NCBI GenBank assembly: GCA_963796105.1
Contig: CAWCKJ010000013.1
Span: forward strand, 1-64,000
From: a candidate division FCPU426 bacterium
GTDB lineage: Bacteria; Oederibacteriota; Muellerivitia; Muellerivitales; Muellerivitaceae
Reading direction: 5' to 3'
Length of the DNA: 64,000 nucleotides
How positions within the stretch are numbered: the first letter of the stretch is position 1; each line of letters starts with the position of its first letter. Positions 63,740 to 64,000 of this stretch are shown here, piece after piece. The notes under the pieces were generated by a model. That model had not been told where the DNA came from. It saw only the letters and a list, made by a program, of their open reading frames with translations, and did not search any database. The position numbers and the translations under genes were made by a program.

Positions 63740-63852
63740 ACGGTCCTGTTTCGCTTCCCTTGGGGGCCCCTGAAGCAGAGTTGCCTACGGCAACACGCTA
63801 CAGGGCGCGTGACAAAGCGAGTTTTTCCTTCCGCTTTTTCCTTTTCCTGCGA

Positions 63853-63930
63853 GGGGTTGTAGCTCAGCTTGGTTAGAGCGCCTGCCTGTCACGCAGGAGG
63901 TCGCGGGTTCGAGCCCCGTCAACCCCGCCA
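63853..63930 (+). tRNA. tRNA-Asp(GTC)
   Basis: GGGGTTG/CAACCCC acceptor stem, CCTGC-CTGTCAC-GCAGG anticodon arm, GGTTCGAG T-loop, encoded CCA. Confidence 0.97.
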
Positions 63931-64000
63931 TATTTTTCAACGATTTTACGACTTCACTTCCTGCCCGGACTCGCTCCGTGTCATATCCGTGTCAAACTTC

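Overview
Bacterial chromosomal window, probably from a diderm, polysaccharide-degrading lineage (lipoproteins, a beta-barrel, proteins with T9SS-like C-terminal domains). It has four zones. (1) 1-15109: the right part of an integrative element. A divergent XRE repressor faces a long + strand cluster (lipoproteins, beta-barrel, VirB2/B6/B3/B4/B8-like T4SS genes, TPR-GGDEF diguanylate cyclase, two SpoVG paralogs, excisionase, tyrosine integrase) that ends at a 3' fragment of tRNA-Thr(CGT), the att site. (2) 15.4-35.9 kb: an AT-rich accessory region bracketed by two giant glycoside hydrolases (GH8 and GH5) that share a near-identical ~3.75 kb Thr/Pro stalk plus C-terminus. Between them lie a CDF transporter, a GT39/PMT-like glycosyltransferase, a complete IS1111-type IS110 with a readable candidate bridge RNA, an IS481-like element and a two-domain AdoMetDC-like gene. 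(3) 36.2-55.9 kb: housekeeping genes (rpsP-khpA-rimM-trmD-rplS, rnhB, yraN, cca, S2P, trpS, scpAB, adenylate/guanylate cyclase, miaB, SPOR protein, mutS). (4) A 2465-aa HicB-like/beta-propeller/16-repeat protein, then tRNA-Asp, with hints of a second integrated element at the right edge. Several single-base homopolymer frameshifts are probably assembly errors. All family calls come from motif recognition by eye; no database searches were run.
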